This document shows, one piece after another, positions 1 through 9,873 of a stretch of DNA of 30,645 nucleotides. Origin of the DNA: Candidatus Falkowbacteria bacterium CG23_combo_of_CG06-09_8_20_14_all_49_15. Its GTDB lineage: Bacteria > Patescibacteriota > Patescibacteriia > Patescibacteriales > UM-FILTER-48-10. The translations under genes were made by a program, and so were the position numbers. The notes under the pieces are model-generated. The model was not told where the DNA came from. It searched no databases and worked only from the letters and a program-made list of their open reading frames with translations. The stretch lies in the NCBI GenBank assembly GCA_002771615.1, contig PCSD01000094.1, positions 1-30,645 on the forward strand. The letters are read 5' to 3'. Positions within the stretch are counted from its first letter, which is position 1; every line of letters begins with the position of its first letter.

Positions 1-114
1 AATTTAGATTCAACCACCGAAATGGCTATAATTTACCGAACCTTATTGAAAAAATACTAACTAAGTATTAGCGGTGCTATACAAGCCCCTATTTTTAAAC
101 TGGATAAATCGTCG

Positions 115-729
115 TTAAACCCGCCGCGCTTTCCTGACCCGGCAGCCGTTGTGCGGGATGGGAGTGATATCTTTAATCATATTAACGTTAATGCCATTCG
201 CAAAAAGCGCCCGGACGGCTGATTCCCGCCCTGTACCTACACCGTTAATAAAAACATTCGCTTCCCGGAAACCATATTCCTTGGCTCGATCCACGGCAAT
301 CCGCGTAATGATTTGCGCCGCGTAAGGGGTGGATTTTTTTGGCCCCTTGAACCCGGCGACGCCGGCGCTTGCCCAAGCGATGACATTACCGGTCATATCC
401 GTGATGGAAACGATGGTGTTGTTATAAGTCGCGTTAACAAAAACCTTGCCCATGGGCACTTGGCGCACGGATTTTTTCTTTTTCTTTTTTGATTTAGCCA
501 GCGATTTGAGCCTTTCCTGCTTTCTTTTTTCCAGCTTCTGTTTTATTTCATCCGGCAATTCATTATCGCTCTGCAATTTTTTCAGGGCTAACTCACTTTC
601 GTCAACGCCGGGCTTTTCCGGCGACAATTCAGCTTTAATCGCTTCGCTAATCGCGCTTGTCGATTTTTGCTCCAACGCCTTCGCCTCCTCTTTTATTGCG
701 TTTGGGGAATTTTTTTGCGAATCTGTCAT
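115..729 (-). CDS. rpsK: 30S ribosomal protein S11 with ~80-aa N-terminal extension
   Basis: S11 core motifs ATYNNTIVSITD, WASAG..GFKGPKKSTPYAAQ, GTGRESAVRAL, DITPIPHNGCR; follows rpsM; GGAG 7 nt before ATG. Confidence 0.97.
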   Translation of the reverse strand: MTDSQKNSPNAIKEEAKALEQKSTSAISEAIKAELSPEKPGVDESELALKKLQSDNELPDEIKQKLEKRKQERLKSLAKSKKKKKKSVRQVPMGKVFVNATYNNTIVSITDMTGNVIAWASAGVAGFKGPKKSTPYAAQIITRIAVDRAKEYGFREANVFINGVGTGRESAVRALFANGINVNMIKDITPIPHNGCRVRKARRV

Positions 730-766
730 TTGATTTCTCCAAGGTAAATATTAAAATGCTTGATTT

Positions 767-1159
767 TTAAGTCTTCTGCGCGGACGGTTTGCGTCCGGAA
801 AGCATGGTCATTCTTTTATTGCCGCGAATGGTCCGGCTGTTGGTTTTTGTTCTCTGCCCCCGCACCGGCAAATTTTTTCCATGTCGGGAGCCGCGGTATG
901 ATCTGATTTCCTTTAAACGTTTGATATTGCCGTAAACTTCCCGACGCAAATCCCCTTCCAATTTTTCATTTTTTTCCAGAATCACGCGCAAACGGTTAGC
1001 TTCTTCTTCGGAAAGATCCTTGACACGGACCGCGGGATTGATTTTGGCTGTCGCGAGGATTTGGCCAGCCTTGGTCAAACCGATGCCGTAGAGATAGGTC
1101 AATGCAATCTCCAATTTTTTTTCGTTCGGGAGCACAATCCCGGAAATTCTTAATGACAT
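767..1159 (-). CDS. rpsM: 30S ribosomal protein S13
   Basis: RISGIVLP..K...[31 protein letters not shown]...[14 protein letters not shown]. Confidence 0.98.
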   Translation of the reverse strand: MSLRISGIVLPNEKKLEIALTYLYGIGLTKAGQILATAKINPAVRVKDLSEEEANRLRVILEKNEKLEGDLRREVYGNIKRLKEIRSYRGSRHGKNLPVRGQRTKTNSRTIRGNKRMTMLSGRKPSAQKT

Positions 1160-1168
1160 AAAAAAATA

Positions 1169-1282
1169 TTAGCCCTGCCTTTGTTTATGCTTGGGATTTT
1201 TACAAATTACGCACACCTGGTTTTTACGCCGGATAACTTTGCAGCTTTTACAGATTTTTTTTACTGAAGCGCGAACTTTCAT
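1169..1282 (-). CDS. rpmJ: 50S ribosomal protein L36 (37 aa, Zn-ribbon type); not in the ORF track
   Basis: Manual translation [37 protein letters not shown]; lies between infA and rpsM. Confidence 0.97.
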   Translation of the reverse strand: MKVRASVKKICKSCKVIRRKNQVCVICKNPKHKQRQG

Positions 1283-1334
1283 ATTGTCATTTCTATTGTT
1301 GCCATTTATTACCTAAAAGAAACGGAAAGATAAA

Positions 1335-1586
1335 TTACAGCCTATAAGTTATACGGCCCTTGGTCAAATCATAGGGACTGATTTGCACTTTGACTTTATC
1401 GCCGGGCAATAAGCGAATTTTGTTCATTCTCATTTTTCCGGAAAGATGGGCAAGGATTTCATGCCCGCTTTCCATCTTCACCTTAAAAGTCCCAGCCGGC
1501 ATCAATTCCATCACTTCGCCGACCATTTCAATGAAGTCTTTGGAATTGGCCGCCACTGCGGATCCATTTTGATTGGTTACACTCAT
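1335..1586 (-). CDS. infA: Translation initiation factor IF-1
   Basis: IEMVGEV.E.MP...[44 protein letters not shown]; start moved from 1640 to ATG at 1586. Confidence 0.96.
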   Translation of the reverse strand: MSVTNQNGSAVAANSKDFIEMVGEVMELMPAGTFKVKMESGHEILAHLSGKMRMNKIRLLPGDKVKVQISPYDLTKGRITYRL

Positions 1587-1717
1587 TGAAAAAAAGTATT
1601 TATTTTTGTAAATAAAAAAAGATAAAACAAAATTTACCAATAATAATTCTTTATTAGCTGATATTTATCAAGAATTGATTATTATTAGAACTTGGCTTTG
1701 ATTTTATGAATAAAAGA

Positions 1718-1746
1718 ATTATATATTTATATTACAAAAAAGTCAA
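1718..1746 (-). promoter_or_regulatory. sigma70-type promoter for infA-rpmJ-rpsM-rpsK
   Basis: TTGACT (1746-1741), 17 nt, TATAAT (1723-1718) in AT-rich intergenic DNA. Confidence 0.8.
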
Positions 1747-1809
1747 GAAAATAATGAAAAAAAATATTTAGATATAATTTGTTTAATTATAAAGAAAAAA
1801 TTAATATAA

Positions 1810-3675
1810 TTAATTCAAAACCGCTTTCAGTCGGCGGATGCCGGCTGAAGAGCTTTCTTCTTTTATTATTTTAAACACTCCTAATTGTCCGGTCTGTACG
1901 ATGTGCGGACCGCCGCATATTTCTTTGGACGCGGATATAATCTCGTTGCCAATGGAATAAACTTTCACTTTGTCTCCGTAACGAGAAGCGAAAACGCCCA
2001 TCGCGCCCGTTGCGCGAGCGTTTTCCAGTGTCATCTCTTCGCATTTTACCGGCAAATCGGCTTTTATCCAGCCATTCACCAGATCCTCAACTTGTTTGAT
2101 TTGTTCGGGGGACATTTTTTCCGGATGCGAAAAATCAAAACGCAATCTTTCGGTGGTGATATTACTGCCTTTCTGCAGAACGTGCTGTCCCAATACCTGG
2201 CGCAAGGCGGCAAGGGTCAAATGAGCGGCGGTATGGAGTTTGGTGGTCATTTCGCTGTGGTCAGCCAAGCCACCTTTGAATTTTCCCGCCGCGGCGCTTC
2301 GGGATAACAGCTGATGCTCCCGGAATTTTTGCCTGAAACCTTCCTCATCAACAGACAGACCTTTTTCCGCGGCCAATTCGGTCGTGATTTCCAAAGGAAA
2401 GCCGTAAGATTGAAAAAGATTGAAAGCCGCTTGCCCGCTGACGCGTTCAGTCCCTGATAATTTGGAAAATTCCGTTAAGCCGCGGGCTAATGTGCGGGAA
2501 AATTTTTCCTCTTCGGCGGCCAGGATCTGGCCAGTGTCCGACGCTTGCTGATTGATATAGTCATAAGAATTTTCATAGATTTTTCCGACCAAAGGAGTGA
2601 GAGACGAAAGCCACAATTTTTTTTGTATGCCCAGAACGCGCCCATAGCGCAAAGCGCGCCGGATCAAACGCCGGACGATATAACCTTGGTCCAGGTTGCT
2701 CGGTTTAACTCCCAACGGATCAGATAAAATAAAAACCGCCGCTTTCAGATGGTCAACAATGATTTCAAAAGGCAATCTATTCTCTTGATATTTCCGGCCG
2801 GATAAATCTTCCACGGCCTGCGTCAACGGCCAGAACAAATCCGTGGCAAAAACATTGTCCAAATCTTGGGCCGCCATCGCCAGCCGTTCCAAGCCGCCCC
2901 CGAAATCAACGTTTTTTTGGCGCAAGGGCGCGAAGCCATCGGCGGTTTTAATAAATTCAATAAAAACGCTGTTGCCAATTTCCAAGAAGCGCCCGCAATC
3001 GCAATTCGGATGGCAGGGCTTGTCGCGCCAGCGAGAATTTTCGTGCTTTTTCCGGTCCGCGCCCAAATCATAAAAGACTTCGCTATCCGGTCCGCCAATC
3101 TCACCGACCGGCATCTTATCCGGAGCGCCGGAGCGGGACCACCAGTTTTTTTCTTCGCCGTAAAAAAAGATCCGGCCCTCGTCCAAATTGATGGGCGAAG
3201 AATAATCAAGGACTTTCGGTGCTAAGCCGGCTTGCCGAAAAAGCTCCTGCCAGATTTCCCTGGCTGTCTCATCACGCTCCACGCCGATGGATTCATTGCC
3301 GCGAAAAACCGTAACATAAAGCCGGCGCGGATCCAAACCGATAATTTCCGTTAAAAATTGCCAAAGCCAAGAAATCTGCTCTTTTTTGAAATAGTCGCCC
3401 AATGACCAATTCCCCAGCATCTCAAAAAAAGTGTTATGACGGCTATCGCCAACCTCATTAATATCGCCGGCGCGGAAACAAAGCTGGCTGTTGGCCAGAC
3501 GGACGCCGGCCGGATGTTTTTCGCCCATTAAATAAGGGACCAAGGGCTGCATACCGGAACTCGTGAACAAAGTTGACGGGTCATTTTCCGGAAGCAATGA
3601 AGCGCTGGGCAAAACCGTGTGTCCCTGTCTTTGGAAAAAATCAAGATAAGCTTGCCTGATTTCTTGCGCGCGCAT
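1810..3675 (-). CDS. alaS: Alanine--tRNA ligase, short form (621 aa, no C-Ala domain)
   Basis: SAS L.PENDPSTLFTSSGMQP, HNTFFEMLGNWSLGDYFK, LEIGNSVF, DFGGGLERL; editing motifs HTAAH and EICGGPH; ends at SAGIRRLKA. Confidence 0.96.
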   Translation of the reverse strand: MRAQEIRQAYLDFFQRQGHTVLPSASLLPENDPSTLFTSSGMQPLVPYLMGEKHPAGVRLANSQLCFRAGDINEVGDSRHNTFFEMLGNWSLGDYFKKEQISWLWQFLTEIIGLDPRRLYVTVFRGNESIGVERDETAREIWQELFRQAGLAPKVLDYSSPINLDEGRIFFYGEEKNWWSRSGAPDKMPVGEIGGPDSEVFYDLGADRKKHENSRWRDKPCHPNCDCGRFLEIGNSVFIEFIKTADGFAPLRQKNVDFGGGLERLAMAAQDLDNVFATDLFWPLTQAVEDLSGRKYQENRLPFEIIVDHLKAAVFILSDPLGVKPSNLDQGYIVRRLIRRALRYGRVLGIQKKLWLSSLTPLVGKIYENSYDYINQQASDTGQILAAEEEKFSRTLARGLTEFSKLSGTERVSGQAAFNLFQSYGFPLEITTELAAEKGLSVDEEGFRQKFREHQLLSRSAAAGKFKGGLADHSEMTTKLHTAAHLTLAALRQVLGQHVLQKGSNITTERLRFDFSHPEKMSPEQIKQVEDLVNGWIKADLPVKCEEMTLENARATGAMGVFASRYGDKVKVYSIGNEIISASKEICGGPHIVQTGQLGVFKIIKEESSSAGIRRLKAVLN

Positions 3676-3711
3676 AGATTATTTATTTTCTATAATGTTT
3701 TATTCGGATTA

Positions 3712-5676
3712 TTATCTGATCAGCCCATCGGTTTGGGCGATGGAATCGTCTTCCAGTTTAGTGGTTTTCGGCTTGGTTGATTTTTCAATCACCTGATTGG
3801 TTTCATTGTCCAAGGCGGAAATTTTTGCGCCGTTGGAAATGACAATTATTTTTCCTAAATTTTCCGCGGTCGGCGTCAAGGACAGACTGAATTCCGCGTC
3901 GGAACGGAAAATAGCCACTGGTAAGCGGCTGATTTCCCAAATCACCGCTCGTTCCTCCGGCTGGTAATAAATATTCCCCGCGGAAGTCCTCTCGTGCTCG
4001 GCCCATTCCATATGCAATGGCAGTTTAAAGTTGACTTTGATATTTGTCAAATCATGCAAATTATTCTTGATGGTCCAATAAACCTTGAAAGTCGTCTGCT
4101 CGCCGACCCGGGGCGGCAGGGGGCCGGTGCCAACGGCAATGTTATCAGCATTAAAATAACGGATTTCTTCTTGGAGTTTCAGGTCGCTATTCACGGTCGC
4201 GATGATGACATTGCTTCTGTTTTCGGCATTGATGTCCACTTTTGGCTGTTCGCCGATATTAAATTGGGCGTAGGCTTCAAGGCTATGGCTAACGCCGGGC
4301 TTGATTTGGTCTTCAGTTTTCACTTTTAAAGAAAAATCAATTACGCCTTCATGTCCGGCCCCAATCGCGGCCAAAGCCGGCAGTTCTGATTTACTCCAAG
4401 AAATAAAATTGCCTTTTTCTTTGCCGGGCGAACTGGTTTCCAAACTGGCCCAGTCAAGATATTCGCCGTTTAAAACCGCCATGATGACCACATCTTTGAG
4501 CTCAGACTCGCCTTTATTGGCATAAGAAACGGCGTAATGGAGATCCTGGCCGAAATCCACAGCCTGATTGGCTCGCGAACCGTTCAATAACAAAACCATA
4601 TTTAAGTCATTTTTCATAATGGCAAATTTCAGTTGATCGCGATAAAAAGGCCGCCACTTCCCGTCCGGATCTTCGTATTCAAAACGAAAAGGTACTTCCT
4701 GCTCGGTTTGCGCGTTTAATTTTTTGGTGAAGGTCAAAGGCAAAAGCAAACTGGTATCCGTGTCCGCAGCCAAATTTATCAGCCAAATATCCGCGCCGGC
4801 GCTCACCGCATTTTTATCGCCAGGCAGACTTTTAGCCGGATCGAAAGAAATATTTTCAGCAGGTGAAATCACCAGGCGAAAGGCGGATAAGCGGTTATCT
4901 GGTTCGGGGGAAAAAATAAATTTGACTTCGTTTTTGTCGTTGACCAGGATATTGGCCAGATAATCAAGTTTGGTCGTGAATCCGGGTCCGGAAACCGTGC
5001 TTACCCAAGATGTTTCCTTTTTAAATTCCGAAGAAAAATTTTCCAAATGATAAGTAAACGCGGCGTTAGCGACATTTTTGCCATTGGCGGCGTCAATCAG
5101 CGCGCCGCGGATCCGCAGGTTTATTTCTTCACCCACGCCCAAGCGCGCGAAAAGCCAGATTGATTTTTTTTCCGCCGGCGGGCGGGACGCGTCATAAAAA
5201 ATATAATTTTCCGGATAAGCGACTTCCAGCCGTCCGTCCAATAAAGGGCTGTTCGTGTTGTTTTTCAAATATATCTCATAATTGAATTCTTCCGCCGCCC
5301 GCACGGTTTCCCGCCCAAAAAATCTGAGCTCCAAAGCGGACGCGTCCACCGTAGCGGTAAAAATATAATAATAAGCGCTATAAGCGGCGGAAGCGGCGAT
5401 AAAAGAAAAAATCAGGAAGGAAAAAAACCAAAACAGGAAGCCGCGCTTTTTCCTCCTTTCCAGACGCTTGATGTCTGTTTCCTGGCCAGTGCCGTTGTAA
5501 ATTTCATTCAAACTTTCCTTAATCTCTTCTTCTTTATTTTCCTGCTCGACATAGCCTTCAAACGCTTCCACTTCTTTCTCGGAAGGCAAACGGCGGCGAA
5601 CAAATTCGCTTAAACTGGATTCGCCGGCCGCGGACAAATCAATTTTTTTTCCTTCAGATGGTGGCTCGCTGGTCAT
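3712..5676 (-). CDS. Single-pass membrane protein with repeated Ig-like (DUF11-like) extracellular domains
   Basis: Acidic N-terminus, hydrophobic helix FLFWFFSFLIFSFIAASAAYSAYYYIF, then three segments of Y.I...N.....L....l.v.lP type; domain call from motif recognition only. Confidence 0.6.
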   Translation of the reverse strand: MTSEPPSEGKKIDLSAAGESSLSEFVRRRLPSEKEVEAFEGYVEQENKEEEIKESLNEIYNGTGQETDIKRLERRKKRGFLFWFFSFLIFSFIAASAAYSAYYYIFTATVDASALELRFFGRETVRAAEEFNYEIYLKNNTNSPLLDGRLEVAYPENYIFYDASRPPAEKKSIWLFARLGVGEEINLRIRGALIDAANGKNVANAAFTYHLENFSSEFKKETSWVSTVSGPGFTTKLDYLANILVNDKNEVKFIFSPEPDNRLSAFRLVISPAENISFDPAKSLPGDKNAVSAGADIWLINLAADTDTSLLLPLTFTKKLNAQTEQEVPFRFEYEDPDGKWRPFYRDQLKFAIMKNDLNMVLLLNGSRANQAVDFGQDLHYAVSYANKGESELKDVVIMAVLNGEYLDWASLETSSPGKEKGNFISWSKSELPALAAIGAGHEGVIDFSLKVKTEDQIKPGVSHSLEAYAQFNIGEQPKVDINAENRSNVIIATVNSDLKLQEEIRYFNADNIAVGTGPLPPRVGEQTTFKVYWTIKNNLHDLTNIKVNFKLPLHMEWAEHERTSAGNIYYQPEERAVIWEISRLPVAIFRSDAEFSLSLTPTAENLGKIIVISNGAKISALDNETNQVIEKSTKPKTTKLEDDSIAQTDGLIR

Positions 5677-5742
5677 ATACTTATTTTTTTTAATCTTGAT
5701 TAATATGCTTTAAATCGTTAGCGCGAAAAAATTAGCGAATAG

Positions 5743-8352
5743 TTAATTAGTGATTGGAGAGATGGCGGCCGCGGGCTGGAAAAGCGCGGCCAAGTATGCT
5801 TGGCGGCTCAAATCCAATGAAACATCCCAACCCCGCGGCGACGTATTCAGGCCTTGGGGATAGCGCCACACAAGATTCGCTGCCGGTGCGCAAACCAAAC
5901 GGCTATAAAATTTGGCCGTTTTGGCGCCCGGTTGCTTTTCCGCCAACAAGACATAGGGAGCCAACTCCGCTGACTGGCTGGCGTCCAATTCCGTTGAATT
6001 GGAAAAAGCCAAAGGCGAAAAACGGAACGGCAAGCGGTATTTAAAGGTGACAATCAGAGTTTCACCCGGATCAACCTGTGTCCAGTTGGCAAAAACAGTT
6101 TTGCCCAATTCATTATAAACTTTTGTACCGCTGGGATAATGGGCAAAAGATTGCCCTTCGCCCCGCAAGATATCCGGATCCGCTTCAGCGCCGGCGGCCG
6201 GATAGGAAAAATATTGGCTGTCGGGACGGGAAAAACCGCTGGCCTCCAAGAGCACGCTGCCCATTGGAACATAGACCCGCAGCCAATCGTTATTCCGGAC
6301 GCCGATAAACTGGTCTTGTTTGGAAGCGGTGTGCTCACGGATAATCGTGAGAGTATCCACGATCGCGCCGTCCGCCTGGATCAGCGCTTCATGCTTGATG
6401 GTTTCGCGGATCGCGCGATCCGATTTTCCGCCGGCGATATTTGCATGCGCCACCAGCAAATAATCCCATTTGGTATTTTTCATTTCTCCAGCCCAGCCCC
6501 AGCGAAGGAAAAATTCTTGAAGTTCATTGTCCGTGAAATAATATAAGATATTTTTCTCATCCATCGCTTGCCATAAAATTCCAGCCGCTTTGGACAGGCG
6601 CGCTTTATCTTTTTCCGCGCTTAAACGGTCAAGCAATAAAGGTAAAAAATCGCCGATAATCTTTTTGGGCGTATTTTCCCCGCCGTTTTTGTTCTCCACG
6701 GTTGTTTGGACAATTGACCAAAAATTATCCGCGTCAATCGTCGTGTCATACGGTTCGCCCAGACGGATCGGACCCAGAAGACGGAGAATATCTTCCACGA
6801 CGGTCGGCGTCAAGGCAATCACGCCGTCCACGGTCGGTCCATCGCTTTTTTCCAAAAACCAAGCGAGTTTTCGCGCTGAAGTCGGCCAATCCGGCCACCA
6901 ATTGGCATCCCAAAAATGCCAACGCGGATTAACCAGCCAAAGCGGCTCGGGGGCGATAATATTCTTCAGCAATCCGCCGGCGGTATCGTAACTGCCGCCC
7001 GGCGGCACTTCCAAATTTTTAATTTCACCCCGATCAAAATCCACCAGGGCATAACTGCCGACAAATCCGCCACTGCCGCGCATTTCCGAATTATTCTGAA
7101 AAACCAACAGATAGCGGGTTTTCCGTTCAAAACCGAGAATTTTTACCATTAGATTGCCGAAAAAAGACAATTCGCGCAAACTGTCAGCCGCGCGAATAGC
7201 CGTTTCCCGAGTTGATAAAAATTGACTGCGGTATTGTTCCGGAATATTTTTTTCCCCAATCCGGCCTAATTGATCGGCGAGGCCATCGGCCAATCTGGAC
7301 GCGGCGATTAAATGGGAATGGCTGGCATAAATTTTTTCCGCCCAAGCCGCCGGTGCTGTTCCCTGCCAAGCCGCCGCCACCCAGGAAAGATGTTCGCCGA
7401 TCGCGGCGCCCAGTTCCCCGACATTAAGGATTGACTCCACTTCACCGGCCAAACGAAGTTTTTCCGCCGGCATAAATTTCATGATAGACAGAAGATTTTC
7501 GTTGATCTGGCTGATTTGCGCGCGAGCGCTTTCCAAGGCGCCGCCGGCTTTCTGGAAATTATCCTGCGCGGCCAAAAAATCAAAATCGCGCAGATTAGCC
7601 AAGGCCGCGTTGAAGCTATCCGCCGCTGTTTCCGAAACTCCTTTGATTTGACCGGGCAGGTTTAACCAATCATTCTGGAGGGATAAGGAAATAAATTTAA
7701 AAGGCAAAATTACGGCCAGTAATACTACCGCCAAATTCAGAGCGCCAAAAAAGCATTTTCGCCGAAAATTTTGATCCAATTCAACAAAATCTTTTCCCTG
7801 GCCACTATCCGCCAAAGGCAACGGCGGGCAAACAGCTTCATCTTTGGCCGCGACCGCGCTTTCCAACTCGTCAATTTGGCCGGCCGCGAGCATCGGCTGG
7901 ACGGCCAGCGCATTCGGACAGGCATCTCGCTCTTGGCCATTTTCTTCTTCCCTGGGTTTTGGAAGGCTATCTTGGGAAAAATCCGGTGATTGAGAAGACT
8001 TTTTTTGGCCAAAAACTAAAGATAAAATATGCAGTTTAGCCGGAATAAACTTTTTTTTACCTGAAAAAAAATCTATAAGGCCAAAAAATATCAAATTTTT
8101 AATTTTCTGAAACACGCTCCTCGCGAAGACATAAAGAGAAAAAAATAATTTTACTATAATAAAAAACCCGTTTTTCAGCCAACGGGAAAATTTAATAACT
8201 TTTTTTTCACTTTTTGCCGGCCGATTGAGGTTGGTCGGATTAATCGTTAAATTAACCAAAAAACGGGAAGGACGGCTTTGCTCCGGATTAGAGCCGCTTG
8301 TTTTGGATATGTAAACAAGATTTTTTTTTACATTCTGAGCAATTTTACGCAT
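5743..8352 (-). CDS. DUF4012-type membrane-anchored protein
   Basis: RYLLVFQNNSEMRGSGGFVGSYALV, DANWWPDWPTSA, VDGVIALTP, NIAGGKSD motifs; TM helix near residue 200. Confidence 0.8.
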   Translation of the reverse strand: MRKIAQNVKKNLVYISKTSGSNPEQSRPSRFLVNLTINPTNLNRPAKSEKKVIKFSRWLKNGFFIIVKLFFSLYVFARSVFQKIKNLIFFGLIDFFSGKKKFIPAKLHILSLVFGQKKSSQSPDFSQDSLPKPREEENGQERDACPNALAVQPMLAAGQIDELESAVAAKDEAVCPPLPLADSGQGKDFVELDQNFRRKCFFGALNLAVVLLAVILPFKFISLSLQNDWLNLPGQIKGVSETAADSFNAALANLRDFDFLAAQDNFQKAGGALESARAQISQINENLLSIMKFMPAEKLRLAGEVESILNVGELGAAIGEHLSWVAAAWQGTAPAAWAEKIYASHSHLIAASRLADGLADQLGRIGEKNIPEQYRSQFLSTRETAIRAADSLRELSFFGNLMVKILGFERKTRYLLVFQNNSEMRGSGGFVGSYALVDFDRGEIKNLEVPPGGSYDTAGGLLKNIIAPEPLWLVNPRWHFWDANWWPDWPTSARKLAWFLEKSDGPTVDGVIALTPTVVEDILRLLGPIRLGEPYDTTIDADNFWSIVQTTVENKNGGENTPKKIIGDFLPLLLDRLSAEKDKARLSKAAGILWQAMDEKNILYYFTDNELQEFFLRWGWAGEMKNTKWDYLLVAHANIAGGKSDRAIRETIKHEALIQADGAIVDTLTIIREHTASKQDQFIGVRNNDWLRVYVPMGSVLLEASGFSRPDSQYFSYPAAGAEADPDILRGEGQSFAHYPSGTKVYNELGKTVFANWTQVDPGETLIVTFKYRLPFRFSPLAFSNSTELDASQSAELAPYVLLAEKQPGAKTAKFYSRLVCAPAANLVWRYPQGLNTSPRGWDVSLDLSRQAYLAALFQPAAAISPITN

Positions 8353-8485
8353 GGAGATTACAAAAACTTAACGATTAATTTTATTCTTTTTTAAAAAAAT
8401 AAAAAATTATTTTGCTGATGTTTTTTTAAACTAGACTGAAATTATTATTAACTATAAAATGATCCGCGTGTTGATAACTAATGAT

Positions 8486-8515
8486 ATTATAACACATTTT
8501 TTCCTCTATCCGCAA
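8486..8515 (-). promoter_or_regulatory. Extended -10 promoter for the DUF4012 gene
   Basis: TTGCGG (8515-8510), 18 nt, TGtTATAAT (hexamer 8491-8486); TTATCAACA at 8477-8469 just downstream. Confidence 0.65.
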
Positions 8516-8529
8516 TTAAATATAATTAC

Positions 8530-9720
8530 TTAATTAAGTAGGCCATGATATATCTGCCAATGCTCGCGCGCGCATTCCCACCAACTGTATTTTTTGGCCT
8601 GCTCTTTCCCTTTTTCAATCAAAGCCTGCCTGATGGCCGGAAAATTTGTAATCTTAAGCAAGCAGGCGCGCATTTCGTCCTCGCGCGCCGGATTAAAATA
8701 AAGGGCGGCAGAGCCAAGAATTTCCGGCAAGCAAGTTTGATTTGAACTTATAACCGGACAGCCTTTGGCCATGGCTTCCAAAGGCGGTAAGCCGAAGCCT
8801 TCATAAAAAGAAGGAAAAATGTAGGCGGTGGCTTGCTGATAAAAAACTTCCAAATCCTTATCCGGCACATAGCCGGTAAAAACCACCGGATTAGCGCTCT
8901 TTTTTTCCGCCCACAAGCCCATTTTTTCAACCTGCCTCTTTAAACGGCGATAAAAATAATCTTCCTTTCCAACTAAAACCAATTGATAATCTTGTATTTC
9001 CCCGTTCGCGAGCATTTTTTGGAAAAGTTCAAGCAATCCCTCAAGATTCTTATGCGGATAGGCATTACCGACATATAAAAAAAATTTTTTATTCAAGCCG
9101 TAAGCGGCCAATGTCCCGCTTGGATTCGCAATATCCGCGAACAGATCGTCACGGCCTTTGGCCAAATTAGCTACGCCTTCATAAATAACGCGGATTTTTT
9201 CCGGTGAGATGGAAAAAATTTCTATAATATCCTTTTTCGTAAATTCAGAAACCGCGATTATCCGCCGCGCCCGCCGCAAGGCGGTTTTAACGACCAGCCA
9301 ATAAGCCCGATTTTTTATTTTATAAAGCCAGGGGCCGAGCGTACTGGCCCGGGGCGTCGGATAACGGACCAGGATCAAATCGTGGATGGTGACGAGAAAT
9401 GGCACAGGACACAAAATTGCCGCGTTGAAATGAGGAAAATGCATCAGATCAAGACTTTCGCGCCAAATCAAATAAGGCATGCTTATTTGCTCGCTCAAGG
9501 TGTACCAGCGGGATCTGGCTAAAACTTTACGGATACGAGGTGGCCGCTCTTGGAAAAAATCATAATTGGCCGGCGACAAAAAAATGACATATTCGTTTAC
9601 TTCGTCCATCTTGAGGATATTATCCACGATTTCCTGCTGATAACGGCCCAAACCCTTGCCGATCGGACCATAAAAACGCGCGTCAATGCCGATGCGATAA
9701 ATTTGTTTTTTTTCTGCCAT
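8530..9720 (-). CDS. Glycosyltransferase family 4 (GT-B fold)
   Basis: RIGIDARFY, IIAVSEFTKKDI, LYVGNAYPHKNL, FPSFYEGFGLPPLEAM, YSWWECA. Confidence 0.93.
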   Translation of the reverse strand: MAEKKQIYRIGIDARFYGPIGKGLGRYQQEIVDNILKMDEVNEYVIFLSPANYDFFQERPPRIRKVLARSRWYTLSEQISMPYLIWRESLDLMHFPHFNAAILCPVPFLVTIHDLILVRYPTPRASTLGPWLYKIKNRAYWLVVKTALRRARRIIAVSEFTKKDIIEIFSISPEKIRVIYEGVANLAKGRDDLFADIANPSGTLAAYGLNKKFFLYVGNAYPHKNLEGLLELFQKMLANGEIQDYQLVLVGKEDYFYRRLKRQVEKMGLWAEKKSANPVVFTGYVPDKDLEVFYQQATAYIFPSFYEGFGLPPLEAMAKGCPVISSNQTCLPEILGSAALYFNPAREDEMRACLLKITNFPAIRQALIEKGKEQAKKYSWWECAREHWQIYHGLLN

Positions 9721-9795
9721 AAATTTTCTCTATTGTCATCTCTATCACCTATAATACATCACAATAAAACAAAAAAACAATAGCCGGTTAAAAAT

Positions 9796-9825
9796 TTGCG
9801 GCCAACGACGCAAACATGCTATGAT
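9796..9825 (+). promoter_or_regulatory. Putative extended -10 promoter for greA
   Basis: TTGCGG (9796-9801), 18 nt, TGcTATGAT (hexamer 9820-9825); same -35 and spacing as the promoter at 8515. Confidence 0.55.
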
Positions 9826-9873
9826 AATAAAGGAAAAAAATTTAAATACTTCCGAATTTATAAAGATTGCCCT

